DNA from: Gammaproteobacteria bacterium CG11_big_fil_rev_8_21_14_0_20_46_22
GTDB taxonomy: Bacteria; Pseudomonadota; Gammaproteobacteria; UBA12402
Assembly (NCBI GenBank): GCA_002796245.1
Contig: PCWT01000051.1
Location: 71,954-135,953, forward strand
Direction of reading: 5' to 3'
DNA: 64,000 bases
Shown here: in pieces, positions 42,320 through 51,560 of the stretch
Layout: the number at the start of each line of letters is the position of its first letter
Numbering within the stretch: the first letter of the stretch is position 1
Position numbers and translations under genes: made by a program
Notes under the pieces: generated by a model
Told to the model about the DNA's origin: nothing
The model's input: only the letters and a program-made list of their open reading frames with translations
The model's database searches: none

Positions 42320-43314
42320 AGGTTTATCCCGAAAAACTGAGCGCCGCGCTGAAGGCACACGCCCCAAACGTGTTAACCATCAGCAGCGATGAGCCTTGCC
42401 TTCATGAAGAAGCACTAGACACCGCCCTACATTTCGCACGTGCACAAGGTTTTGATGAGCACGACAAGCTAAGCGTAGACAACAAATCTGACATCGCTGA
42501 GGCGAATGCATTACTGAACAATTTGAGCCTGTTTGGCACACAAAAAATCGTTGAGCTTCGCTTTAACGACAAGCCCAACAAAAGCTGGCAAGGCTTTTTA
42601 AGCGATTACACCAAGCAAGCCGAAGCCTCCATTTTCTTAATCGTGAGATTACCCAAACTCGAAAAAGCACAACAAAACGCGAAATGGTACCAAGCACTGG
42701 ATAACGCGGGCCTTTCACTGACTCTTTGGCCACCCAAGCCCGAAGAGTTCAAAGCCTGGCTACGCACGCGCGCCAGAGCACTGAAGCTAGACTTATCCGA
42801 CGACATGATCGGCATGATTGCTGAGCACACCGAAGGCAACCTGCTGGCGGCCAAACAAGCGCTACAAAAACTCAGCTTTGTCACGCCGCTCACGCCGGAG
42901 GCTGTTAAAGAGCAATTAAGCCATGATGCACGCTTTGATGTGTTTGCCTTGGTCGATGCAATATATGCCGGAGACATTACCCGCACGGGCAGCATATTGA
43001 ACACCTTAAAGCTCGAAGGCCAAGACCCCATCTTGATACTCTGGGCAATCAATCGTGAAGTGCATTTACTGCTTGGCATTGTGCAAGCCAAACACGCCGG
43101 TCAATCCATCGATAGCTATTTCAGATCACAAAAAATTTGGCCCCAAAAACAAGCCTTGATGCGCCGTTTTTTTCAGCAGGCGAAAAAAGGCGTGCTCTAT
43201 GACGCGATCAGCGATGCCCAGCAAATCGATGCCTGCATCAAAGGCGCGGCGCGCGGCGATGTGTGGCAAGGCTTACTTATACTGTGTTTAAAGCTACAAG
43301 GCGTGCAAGTATGA
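42316..43314 (+). CDS. holA: DNA polymerase III subunit delta
   Basis: 332 aa; conserved lptE-holA-nadD context; AAA-lid-like helical C-terminus. Confidence 0.75.
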   Translation: MKVYPEKLSAALKAHAPNVLTISSDEPCLHEEALDTALHFARAQGFDEHDKLSVDNKSDIAEANALLNNLSLFGTQKIVELRFNDKPNKSWQGFLSDYTKQAEASIFLIVRLPKLEKAQQNAKWYQALDNAGLSLTLWPPKPEEFKAWLRTRARALKLDLSDDMIGMIAEHTEGNLLAAKQALQKLSFVTPLTPEAVKEQLSHDARFDVFALVDAIYAGDITRTGSILNTLKLEGQDPILILWAINREVHLLLGIVQAKHAGQSIDSYFRSQKIWPQKQALMRRFFQQAKKGVLYDAISDAQQIDACIKGAARGDVWQGLLILCLKLQGVQV

Positions 43315-43907
43315 TAGGCGTCTTAGGTGGCACATTCGATCCAATTCACCGCGCGCACCTAGCCATTGCACACAAAGCTTTGGAAGCTGCAAACCTCTCA
43401 CGTGTCTTGTTTATCCCCTGCAAAACACCTGTGCACCGAGCCGAAGCGATGGCAAAAGCCGATGATCGCCTAGCCATGGTAAAACTCGCCATTCGTGACG
43501 AGCCCCTGTTTGAAGCTGACGACCGCGAAATCACACGAAGCACTCCCTCGTACATGGACGAAACCCTCAAAAGCCTACACAAGGACTACCCAAACGAAAA
43601 ATTTGCTTTCATTATGGGTTATGATGTGTGGGAAAACTTCACACGCTGGCACCATTGGCAGGAAATCATTCAACAAAACACCCTGATTATCATTAAACGA
43701 CCAGGGTACACACTGGCTCACCCAAAACTGATCGCGCAATACAAAGCCATCATTATTAATGACAATGAGAGCACGCTGTCAGCCACCGATATACGTCACG
43801 CCGAGCTATCCCGAGATGATGCGCGACTCAAACAAGCCCTGCCTCAAGCGGTGATCGACTACATCAAAAATCACGCGCTTTACAGGGACGCCAACAGCCA
43901 GGTATAA
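43311..43907 (+). CDS. nadD: nicotinate-nucleotide adenylyltransferase
   Basis: MIGVLGGTFDPIHRAHL contains the (H/T)xGH nucleotidyltransferase motif. Start placed at the internal ATG, giving a 4-bp overlap with holA. Confidence 0.85.
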   Translation: MIGVLGGTFDPIHRAHLAIAHKALEAANLSRVLFIPCKTPVHRAEAMAKADDRLAMVKLAIRDEPLFEADDREITRSTPSYMDETLKSLHKDYPNEKFAFIMGYDVWENFTRWHHWQEIIQQNTLIIIKRPGYTLAHPKLIAQYKAIIINDNESTLSATDIRHAELSRDDARLKQALPQAVIDYIKNHALYRDANSQV

Positions 43908-43937
43908 TCGGCGCAAATTTTAAAGAATGACAACACG

Positions 43938-44288
43938 ATGCTCACACCCGAAAAACTTTGCGATATCGCAACCCTAGCCCTAGAAGACGTTAAAGCCAAA
44001 GACATTAAAGTACTGAATGTCCAAGGACTCACCTCTATCGCCGATTACATGATCATATGCTCTGCGACCTCATCACGACAGCTGCAAGCGCTGGCCAACA
44101 ACGTGGCCAAAGAGGCAAAAGCACAAGGCGCTCGACCCTTTAACCGCAATTTTACAGACCAGAATGAATGGGCGCTGGTTGACTTAGGTGATGTGATCGT
44201 TCATGTCATGCTGCCTGAAACCCGCGAATACTACGCACTGGAAAAACTCTGGGAAAATGTGAAAGGCGATGAAGATCACACTGATTAG
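43938..44288 (+). CDS. rsfS: ribosome silencing factor RsfS (Iojap)
   Basis: 116 aa; DYMIICSATSSRQ is the RsfS signature. Confidence 0.85.
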   Translation: MLTPEKLCDIATLALEDVKAKDIKVLNVQGLTSIADYMIICSATSSRQLQALANNVAKEAKAQGARPFNRNFTDQNEWALVDLGDVIVHVMLPETREYYALEKLWENVKGDEDHTD

Positions 44289-44730
44289 CATCGGCAGTAA
44301 AATGCCTGCTTGGGTCCAAGCAGGTTTTGAAGAATACCAAAAGCGTTTACAGTCTGACTGGCCTTTAACCCTTATTGAAATCCCCCTCGCTAAACGCCAA
44401 AAAAACAGTGAAAACCTTGCCCTCATCAAAAAAGAAGGTGAGAAGATGCTTGCAGCCATTCCTAAAAATAGCTTTGTGATCACACTGGAAATTGGCGGAA
44501 AACGTTTAAGCACCGAGGCCCTAGCAAAGACCATTACCGATTCGCAAAGTGCACACTTATGTTTTTTGATTGGTGGGCCAGAAGGTTTGGCCCACGATGT
44601 GCTCAAACGCTCTGACGCGAAAATTTCGCTCTCAGATCTCACACTGCCCCACCCCCTGGTGCGTATCGTGCTGGCCGAGCAGCTTTATCGCGCCCTTACC
44701 ATCACGCAAGGTCACCCCTACCATAAATAA
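44269..44730 (+). CDS. rlmH: 23S rRNA (pseudouridine1915-N3)-methyltransferase RlmH
   Basis: 153 aa SPOUT-family protein; MKITLISIGSKMPAWVQ N-terminus. Confidence 0.85.
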   Translation: MKITLISIGSKMPAWVQAGFEEYQKRLQSDWPLTLIEIPLAKRQKNSENLALIKKEGEKMLAAIPKNSFVITLEIGGKRLSTEALAKTITDSQSAHLCFLIGGPEGLAHDVLKRSDAKISLSDLTLPHPLVRIVLAEQLYRALTITQGHPYHK

Positions 44731-44796
44731 TTCATCACGCAGGCTCGCTACCCCAACACAGACTTCACTGCTACAATACTCGCACTGATGTAGCTA

Positions 44797-44855
44797 AAAC
44801 CCGGGTTATCAATGCTTCGCATTTCAACCCAGGCTACGTAAGATAGTGGCTACTT
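44797..44855. repeat. third copy of the short dispersed repeat (AAAACCCGGGTTATCAATGCTTCGCATTTCAACCCAGGCTACGTAAGATAGTGGCTACT)
   Basis: Shares AAACCCGGRTTATC...GCTTCGC...CCAGGCTAC...GCTACT blocks with the copies at 19114 and 30291. Confidence 0.6.
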
Positions 44856-44881
44856 CATGCGAATCAACACAAGGATTTACA

Positions 44882-45364
44882 ATGAGCAAGATCGCAGTCT
44901 ACCCCGGCAGCTTTGACCCCATCACGCTGGGCCACATCAATCTAATCGAACGAGCCTACCATTTGTTTGACGAAGTCATTGTGGCTGTAGCTCAAGGCAC
45001 GCACAAAAACCCACTATTTTCTTTGGCTGAACGCGTCAACCTAGCCCACGAAGCGCTATCTCAACGCAAGGGTGTGCGAGTTGAACCCTTTGAAGGTTTA
45101 TTAGTTGAATTTGCTGAATCGCACGGCGCCGATGTCATTTTGCGCGGCGTGCGAGGCACAGACGATTGGGAATATGAAAAGCAACTCGCCTTTATGAATA
45201 AGAAACTCTCACCGAAGCTTGAAACCTTATTTTTATTGCCGGACACGGCTTATCAACACATCGCCTCTAGCTTAGTGAAAGACATTGCACGCCATCAGGG
45301 CGACATTTCAAGCTTTGTACCCGTCTGTGTCAATAGCGCCATTCAAAGCAAACTTGCTCGTTAA
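44882..45364 (+). CDS. coaD: phosphopantetheine adenylyltransferase
   Basis: MSKIAVYPGSFDPITLGHINLIERA contains the HxGH motif; about 160 aa from the internal ATG. Confidence 0.9.
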   Translation: MSKIAVYPGSFDPITLGHINLIERAYHLFDEVIVAVAQGTHKNPLFSLAERVNLAHEALSQRKGVRVEPFEGLLVEFAESHGADVILRGVRGTDDWEYEKQLAFMNKKLSPKLETLFLLPDTAYQHIASSLVKDIARHQGDISSFVPVCVNSAIQSKLAR

Positions 45365-45379
45365 TAAGGAAACACCGAG

Positions 45380-45910
45380 ATGGAACTCATGACCGTTCGC
45401 CGACTCATCAAACGTTTTTCTATCGTGCTCTGCGTACAAACCGGTGGCGCAGGCGTGATCAGCGTGTGGCTCGGTACCTTGCTTGCCACCGCTTTTGGCC
45501 TAAAAGAGGCTTTAATTGGCGGCATGTGGTGTGCGATTTCAGCAGCGATTGTGATCAACGCTGAAGAAAAAAGTGCCTTTGAAGCCGCATTGCTGCGCTT
45601 TGTGGCAAGCTTAGTCGCCTGTGTTTTATCGGGCGCCATTGTCTCAGGCCTAGGCTACGGTTACGCCAGCCTTTTGCTGGTGTTGGTATTAAATGTCGCG
45701 CTCATTTCACTGATCGGCTTTCGAGAGGGATTTCGACAATCCAGCATCGCTATTTTCGTGATCTACGCCACTGGCGCCATGCAACCGGACTTAAGCGTGT
45801 GGCTTAATGCGCTCGGCAGGCTTGCCGAGTCCGCTGTAGGTATCCTTGTGGGCTTATGTTTTGTCTTAATATTCATACCCCTTAGGCGCTGGTTAGCAAG
45901 CCTTAACTAA
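45380..45910 (+). CDS. hypothetical 4-TM membrane protein (FUSC/ArAE-like N-terminal fold, tentative)
   Basis: 176 aa, 4-5 hydrophobic helices; loose resemblance to the N-terminal domain of fusaric-acid-resistance-like exporters. Confidence 0.5.
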   Translation: MELMTVRRLIKRFSIVLCVQTGGAGVISVWLGTLLATAFGLKEALIGGMWCAISAAIVINAEEKSAFEAALLRFVASLVACVLSGAIVSGLGYGYASLLLVLVLNVALISLIGFREGFRQSSIAIFVIYATGAMQPDLSVWLNALGRLAESAVGILVGLCFVLIFIPLRRWLASLN

Positions 45911-45975
45911 CCCATCAAACCTCAATTGAGGCTAGACATTTTTAGCCTAGTTTGTTAGAGTGCGCACCGATAACA

Positions 45976-46005
45976 AATAATAATAATAATAACAATAATA
46001 AAATA
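45976..46005 (+). repeat. (AAT)5-AAC-(AAT)2 trinucleotide microsatellite immediately 5' of the ATG at 46006
   Basis: AATAATAATAATAATAACAATAATAAAATAATG read directly; it encodes the poly-Asn run if the longer ORF (start 45952) is used. Confidence 0.7.
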
Positions 46006-46383
46006 ATGTTCTTTACCCATGATACTTGTGCTATCAACGATCAGCTTATTGCCATCGAAACCTTGATAGAACAGCCCATTTTCACATCGCTTAAAACGCT
46101 AGAAGCACTTGCCCAAAAAGACAGTGCGTTTAAAGAAAAATTCAAGCTCGAAAAAGCGTATTTGCTCAGGCAAATGGCGGCACAAGCAAGGCTCAGAAGT
46201 CTTCCAGGGCATAGTGCGATCACAACAACCTTAAAAAGTGTTCACAAAGAAATGCTTGATGGCGACCAGCTGGCAGAGGCGCTCAGTGGACTAAAAACAT
46301 ACGACTCAGAAGAAGGCACCACCCCTTGGCAACAAAGCGACGAGGCGATAACGCTACAGCAAGAGTCGACGCACTCAATGTGA
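46006..46383 (+). CDS. hypothetical protein (helical, acidic)
   Basis: 125 aa from MFFTHD. The alternative upstream start at 45952 would add MLECAPITNNNNNNNNKI. Confidence 0.4.
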   Translation: MFFTHDTCAINDQLIAIETLIEQPIFTSLKTLEALAQKDSAFKEKFKLEKAYLLRQMAAQARLRSLPGHSAITTTLKSVHKEMLDGDQLAEALSGLKTYDSEEGTTPWQQSDEAITLQQESTHSM

Positions 46384-46461
46384 ATTTAATACAAAAACTG
46401 TTCATCCCGACTAGCTTAAAAGAAACTGATTCAAATAAAAATACAACAAAGGATCATCGAC

Positions 46462-48258
46462 ATGACAAACCCCTCCACGAATGCTATTAACGCAGTAAAA
46501 AGCAATATTGAAAAGCTCCTAAACGAATTTCAGACTTTAAGCAAACAAATTGAGCTACAAGACGGCATAGAAGGTTATATAGCTCGGATAGAGGCTATCA
46601 CCGAAGAATATAAAAGCTTCAAAACAGACATCCTAACTATACGACTTAGAGCAGGCTTACTAGACAAACACTCAACCAAACTCTCAGAAGATTACAGGCA
46701 ACTTTCCGCTATCGAGAGTGCCGTCTTGGCAGTAAATTGCGAACTAAAACTCAAACTGTACAGCCTATCAATACAAATGATACTAGACAAACTTAACGAT
46801 TTAAAAGACGAAGACAAAGCTGAGCTAGAAGCGTTACTGACTATCGTCAAGACGACAAGCACAAGTGATTTAATGAACGCTTACAAAAATAATGCAGGCA
46901 TAGAAAAACTTAATGCGTTTACAGCGAGACTCAGGCGGGCTAAAGACAAGGCTGTCGATTATTTTTTGGCAAAAAACCATGAAATCACCATTAAAACAGC
47001 CAATCTTCGAAGGCGCTTTGAAAACCCAAATGAAAATATCAACGCCAGCTTAGCACTGCATAAAGAACTGACCGCCTTAGAACAAAATAGACTGGGCCTA
47101 AGGCTATGGAGAGACGATAACCGACACAGAGGAAGTAACTTAGTAAGACAAGCCTCAATCACAAGAGCATCGCTAATAGTCTTTACATTGAAAAATCAGG
47201 AGAGCATTATTAACTCCGTAAACAATACGCTTCAAAAAATTCTTCTTAGCCTTATTCACTCACACCTCAAAAACACGGCTAACAGAAAAAGCATTCCCGA
47301 ATCACAGAGAGCTTGTATTTATAATGAGCTAAGTGAGTTATTCATCAGATTAAAATCAAAAGACACGCCTCCGGCGATACAACGCCATAAGAACACTACC
47401 GACATGTATAATGAAATCAACGACTGCCGTCGAATGCAAGAAATCATAATACAGGCATCCCTGCTTGAGCCAGACACTTTAGATATTTACAAAGACCTGC
47501 TTAACGACTTGCTAAAAGCCATGCAAGACATACTCACTGAGATTTACAAAAATACAGCTAGCGAAACCCTGGTTAATGCATTTAACCTCATCGCCTACTG
47601 GGCACGCGAACTATACACTTTATATTTTGAAATAAGGCATCAAGAAGCCCCCGCCACCTTAACAACAGCACCCAGCGATCGCCCTCAATCCCCGTGCTCT
47701 TTTGAAAGCAGTCTTGAAAACAGCAACGATGACGACGACATTGCCCAAGATACACAGCAGCAGCAAGCACAACAACCTCCACCGCCGCAAGTGGCGCGAG
47801 CAACAGTCACCACTCAACGCAGTATACTTGCAGAGCTTAGCGCTGTTGCAACACAACAAGCACGCCTAATTCAAGCCACGCAAGCATCTACCGTCGCAGT
47901 AGCAAATGCTAATACCGCAAACAACAGACCCATTCTCACCGCTTTATTTCCAAGGCAAGATAATTTAAGGCCTCCTACCGGAAGAAACTCAACTGAAATA
48001 CCGCGTCATTACACCTTCCCAAAAGGTGAAGCCGCTAGGGTTGCAAGGGTTCTGTTCAGCCAGTCTCACGCTCAAGCCCAGCACATGCCGAGGATTGGCT
48101 GGGCAAGACCCGCCAGTGACTTAGAGGGAACGGAAGAAAATCCGACAAGGCGACAAAGACTGGATAACCCAGAAACAACACCAGAACAAGCAGTGCCAGA
48201 AACGCCACCAAGCGCTGCAGCACCCCAATCGCCTCAAACACCGAGGCGGGGTTTGTAA
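46462..48258 (+). CDS. large coiled-coil hypothetical protein with Gln/Pro-rich C-terminal low-complexity tail (eukaryotic-like; candidate effector)
   Basis: 598 aa; long alpha-helical, heptad-like N-terminal 400 aa; QQQQAQQPPPPQ and a P/T/S-rich tail. Confidence 0.55.
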   Translation: MTNPSTNAINAVKSNIEKLLNEFQTLSKQIELQDGIEGYIARIEAITEEYKSFKTDILTIRLRAGLLDKHSTKLSEDYRQLSAIESAVLAVNCELKLKLYSLSIQMILDKLNDLKDEDKAELEALLTIVKTTSTSDLMNAYKNNAGIEKLNAFTARLRRAKDKAVDYFLAKNHEITIKTANLRRRFENPNENINASLALHKELTALEQNRLGLRLWRDDNRHRGSNLVRQASITRASLIVFTLKNQESIINSVNNTLQKILLSLIHSHLKNTANRKSIPESQRACIYNELSELFIRLKSKDTPPAIQRHKNTTDMYNEINDCRRMQEIIIQASLLEPDTLDIYKDLLNDLLKAMQDILTEIYKNTASETLVNAFNLIAYWARELYTLYFEIRHQEAPATLTTAPSDRPQSPCSFESSLENSNDDDDIAQDTQQQQAQQPPPPQVARATVTTQRSILAELSAVATQQARLIQATQASTVAVANANTANNRPILTALFPRQDNLRPPTGRNSTEIPRHYTFPKGEAARVARVLFSQSHAQAQHMPRIGWARPASDLEGTEENPTRRQRLDNPETTPEQAVPETPPSAAAPQSPQTPRRGL

Positions 48259-48282
48259 TAAAAAACGAAAAGATCTTAATTT

Positions 48283-48489
48283 ATGCAAAAAAACACATTA
48301 AAAATCCAAAATGAGTTGCTCAGCATTGTCGGCAATCAAAATGAAAAACTTCGGCACGCCATTAGATCGATACAAATAGAGCAGCCCGATCTAACACACC
48401 AAAACTTAGACGACAGGGAGTCCATGATGGGGCTTTGTGAAGAAGCTGTATTAATCCTCAACAGTGAAGCTCAGGAAGGCGAGATTTAG
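48283..48489 (+). CDS. small hypothetical protein (68 aa)
   Basis: ORF 25 nt downstream of the 598-aa gene; no motif. Confidence 0.3.
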   Translation: MQKNTLKIQNELLSIVGNQNEKLRHAIRSIQIEQPDLTHQNLDDRESMMGLCEEAVLILNSEAQEGEI

Positions 48490-48599
48490 GATAGCCACCG
48501 GGGCACACTTTCTTGCAAGGCCCGAAGAAGCCCCCTGCTTCTTTGCTGAAACAAACCTAGCAGGCCTGTGACAAGAATAAAAAAACAGGCAAAAAGTCA

Positions 48600-48628
48600 T
48601 TGACTTAAACGATTTTTGGCCTTAGTAT
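48600..48628 (+). promoter_or_regulatory. sigma70-type promoter for the tRNA pair: TTGACT - 17 bp - TAGTAT
   Basis: Consensus -35 (48600-48605) and near-consensus -10 (48623-48628) with a 17-bp spacer, 14 nt upstream of the tRNA-Ala 5' end. Confidence 0.6.
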
Positions 48629-48642
48629 TCTCACCCTCGATC

Positions 48643-48718
<76 letters not shown>

Positions 48719-48745
48719 GTAAGCGATCGCAGAAACCAACCTAGG

Positions 48746-48821
48746 GTCCCCTTCGTCTAGAGGCCTAGGACACCGCCCTTTCACGGCGGCAACAGGGGTT
48801 CGAATCCCCTAGGGGACGCCA
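48746..48821 (+). tRNA. tRNA-Glu (anticodon UUC)
   Basis: 76 nt, GTCCCCTTCGTCTAGAGGCCTAGGACACCGCCCTTTCACGGCGGCAACAGGGGTTCGAATCCCCTAGGGGACGCCA; near-identical to enterobacterial tRNA-Glu. Confidence 0.95.
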
Positions 48822-48839
48822 TTTAAAAACGCAAGCCTA

Positions 48840-49649
48840 TTAAGACAAATGCAAATTTAATAAGTAAAAAATAATCTCTAGGCAAATCAAAAAGACGATA
48901 ATGACCTCTAGGCGATGAGAATGTTTATTTTCCGAATAACTGTTACACATCATAAAAATCTCGCTTAAGGTATCAAGCTGGTGATTTACCACTTTTGCGC
49001 GCTCCACGATATCCATATACCGTTTTACCATGACAAAATATTCTTCCAAGGAAGGGTGTTGCCAAAAAAACTTCGGCATATACAAAAAACTACTATTTAG
49101 ATTAATGCGGCTTTTAAACATCAAGATATCACCAATAATTTGGCGAATTTTGCGTTGAGACAAGCCCAGCTCACCCGAGCCACTCAAGGTTGCCACGATC
49201 GGATTATATTTTTCGATCACGGCCTCAAGATCATTCTCATAAGCCTTAAGTTTAGTAGACAAAGAAATACCATACGCAAGACTGAGCTTCAAATCATCGT
49301 CATCGCTTTCCATCGTAATACACTCCACATTGAAATAATCATGCGGATATATCCTGGTTTTATCGGAAAATCGACAGCTAAAACCATCAAACACAGGGGC
49401 TTTAAACCAGCTTGTCGTAGCGGCTTGTAAAATAGCCAGAATAGGTTTCAATTCATAACGCTTAAACCCCCAAGTGATCAGCGTTCCATTAAAAAACACA
49501 TAAAGCGAACTTTTTCGATCTTTAAAAATGACCTCAAGCACTCGATCGTGGCGATCGATCATGATGGAATACTTCTCCTTCAAAGCTTTTTCAACCGACC
49601 CTAAATCAAATTTTTCCGCAAGAGCATAGCTTAAACATTCCATAATCAA
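48840..49649 (-). CDS. RMD1/Sif2-family (DUF155) protein with C-terminal TM helix
   Basis: 269 aa; N-terminal CLSYALAEKFDL and FFNGTLITWGF resemble DUF155 conserved blocks; hydrophobic C-terminal tail; 4-bp overlap with the FGase gene. Confidence 0.5.
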   Translation of the reverse strand: MIMECLSYALAEKFDLGSVEKALKEKYSIMIDRHDRVLEVIFKDRKSSLYVFFNGTLITWGFKRYELKPILAILQAATTSWFKAPVFDGFSCRFSDKTRIYPHDYFNVECITMESDDDDLKLSLAYGISLSTKLKAYENDLEAVIEKYNPIVATLSGSGELGLSQRKIRQIIGDILMFKSRINLNSSFLYMPKFFWQHPSLEEYFVMVKRYMDIVERAKVVNHQLDTLSEIFMMCNSYSENKHSHRLEVIIVFLICLEIIFYLLNLHLS

Positions 49650-50350
49650 TATTCCTCCATCGTGCTAACCAGGCTCTGCTTAAGCAAGCTGATAATCTTT
49701 GTTTGACAGCGCCCATCTCGCGAAAAATGCCGCTGGTTCACCTCTAGCTCAACACCCATATAGTTTGGATTGAGCTGGCTTTTTCGGATTGCGGTGGGCA
49801 AGCCATCGCTCGTGCCTAAATAGGGATAATTCATACGAACCTTTAAATCTGATCCTAAAACTAAAAGGTTCGCGCGCCATCGCTCGCAAAAAGCTTTTTC
49901 ACCAATCGACCTTGGATCATATAAAAACCCCACATCGTTATCGCGAATCTGACCACCCAAAACCGGTGTAAAGGTGTGAGAAGCAATATGCAAAGGGTTC
50001 TTTAGCCTTACAACCTCAGATAAAACCGTATCACGATAAGGTTGATAGACCTCACTAACAAGCCTAAGTTTTTTTTCAGGCGATAAGCTGCTAGAAAACT
50101 CGGAAAAAACGGCCTTGTGATTCAAAGAGCGATTGAGATCAATGAGCAAACGGCTGTATTGTGCCGCGATAGAAAAATCAGAAAGTGGCTTGAGCGCCGT
50201 ATATACAGCCAAAGCGCCAATATCATAACCGCGATGCGTGGACAAAACACGCTGCGCTTTTTCAAAGCAAGCCGAATAAGGGGCAGGAATCGCCCTGCTC
50301 GCATGTTCACAAGTAAGCAGCAATGAAAGTCTAGACATAAAACAATTCAT
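49646..50350 (-). CDS. N-formylglutamate amidohydrolase (FGase) family zinc hydrolase
   Basis: 234 aa; LLLTCEHAS N-terminal motif typical of the FGase family. Confidence 0.7.
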   Translation of the reverse strand: MNCFMSRLSLLLTCEHASRAIPAPYSACFEKAQRVLSTHRGYDIGALAVYTALKPLSDFSIAAQYSRLLIDLNRSLNHKAVFSEFSSSLSPEKKLRLVSEVYQPYRDTVLSEVVRLKNPLHIASHTFTPVLGGQIRDNDVGFLYDPRSIGEKAFCERWRANLLVLGSDLKVRMNYPYLGTSDGLPTAIRKSQLNPNYMGVELEVNQRHFSRDGRCQTKIISLLKQSLVSTMEEY

Positions 50351-51560
50351 TAGACCTCAAGCAGTCACAAAGCTGGCGATAAACGTCAAACATCGCAGCT
50401 TCATTAGCCCCACTTTTATCATAAGCTCGCAGCAAACGCTCAGACAAATTACCTTCCGAGAGAGTGTGTGCTATCGCGTCACGATATTCTTCGTGAATTT
50501 TGCCCGATATCTTTTCAAATAACGCTTTAAGCACTGCATTGGTCGAGGAGGCTTTGACCTCACAACCCAAAACCTCAAGATAAGTGGCATGATTAATTTC
50601 ATAATGCATACCTTGCTCGATTGCCCCAAGATACATCGCTTTTAAATCAGGCAGGGCGACCTCACTCATTCGCTCAGCACTCACAGAACTTGCCAAGTCA
50701 CGCACCAGTTCAGCAATAAAGTTTGCGCAGGCAATATCGGCCAACGGACACTCCTGCGAATCCATGATCCGAATTTCGATGGCATTACGATCAAAACGCG
50801 CAATCGCACCGCGAGAATTGAGCCATTCATACTGCAAAACCTTATTGGGATCATGACTGCTAATCGCCTCATACATCGGCATTAAAATATCCGCCTGATA
50901 TTGATCTTTTGAGTGAACAGACTCAGGGATAACCTCGCCAGCAATAGCCGGGATCGCCTTTTGGTTCTTACCATAGAACTCAAGTCGCGTGTCTTTCACA
51001 CCCGAAAGCTTAGCTTGCTTAAAGGGAGTGCTGGCGGCAAGCGCTGGAATCAGGGGTAAAACCAAACGAATCGCCGCATGCAAGACTGAAAACTCTTCAT
51101 CGTTAGCAAATGGTAAATTGATGTGCGTACTTTGCAAGTTCGACCAACCATGCCCGCTGCAATTGAAAATTTTATGGTAAGTGTTGTAAATCGTTTTATC
51201 GCCATGCGGCCACAAACAAAAACCCGCCTCTGGATCAAACCAAGGATGCATACCCGTTGGCATCAAACAAGCGCCTTCTTCTCTTAAGCACGCTTGAAGA
51301 GTTTTAACGGTTTCATGAAAATCACCCGACAAACCGGACAAAGAGGCCCTAGGCCCATTGGTTTTGATTTCCACTACATGCAAAGCGAGCTCATTGCTGA
51401 CCGCGACCCGACCAAGCTCGACTTCGTTTTCCATTTTGCCCGCAAGCTTCAGTAATAATTTATCGCAGATAGGCAATACATTAAGGTGTTCGACATCGAC
51501 AATCATGTACTCTATTTCGATACCATACACGGAAAACAATGAATACGGTTTACTGGCCAT
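50331..51560 (-). CDS. GCS2-family carboxylate-amine ligase (YbdK-like glutamate--cysteine ligase family 2)
   Basis: 409 aa; N-terminal GIEIEYMIVD and HVVEIKT blocks and general GCS2 layout. Confidence 0.75.
   Translation of the reverse strand: MASKPYSLFSVYGIEIEYMIVDVEHLNVLPICDKLLLKLAGKMENEVELGRVAVSNELALHVVEIKTNGPRASLSGLSGDFHETVKTLQACLREEGACLMPTGMHPWFDPEAGFCLWPHGDKTIYNTYHKIFNCSGHGWSNLQSTHINLPFANDEEFSVLHAAIRLVLPLIPALAASTPFKQAKLSGVKDTRLEFYGKNQKAIPAIAGEVIPESVHSKDQYQADILMPMYEAISSHDPNKVLQYEWLNSRGAIARFDRNAIEIRIMDSQECPLADIACANFIAELVRDLASSVSAERMSEVALPDLKAMYLGAIEQGMHYEINHATYLEVLGCEVKASSTNAVLKALFEKISGKIHEEYRDAIAHTLSEGNLSERLLRAYDKSGANEAAMFDVYRQLCDCLRSNELFYV

Noticed and set aside
45952-46005. The longer start (MLECAPITNNNNNNNNKI...) for the 46006 gene
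   Set aside because: The poly-Asn comes from an (AAT)n microsatellite in an AT-rich leader, and the ATG at 46006 is the more plausible start; this remains uncertain.
48490-48580. Hairpin-like GAAGAAGC/GCTTCTTT region, considered as a possible 4.5S/SRP RNA or terminator
   Set aside because: It does not match the conserved 4.5S domain-IV sequence and lacks a T-run; at most a weak stem.
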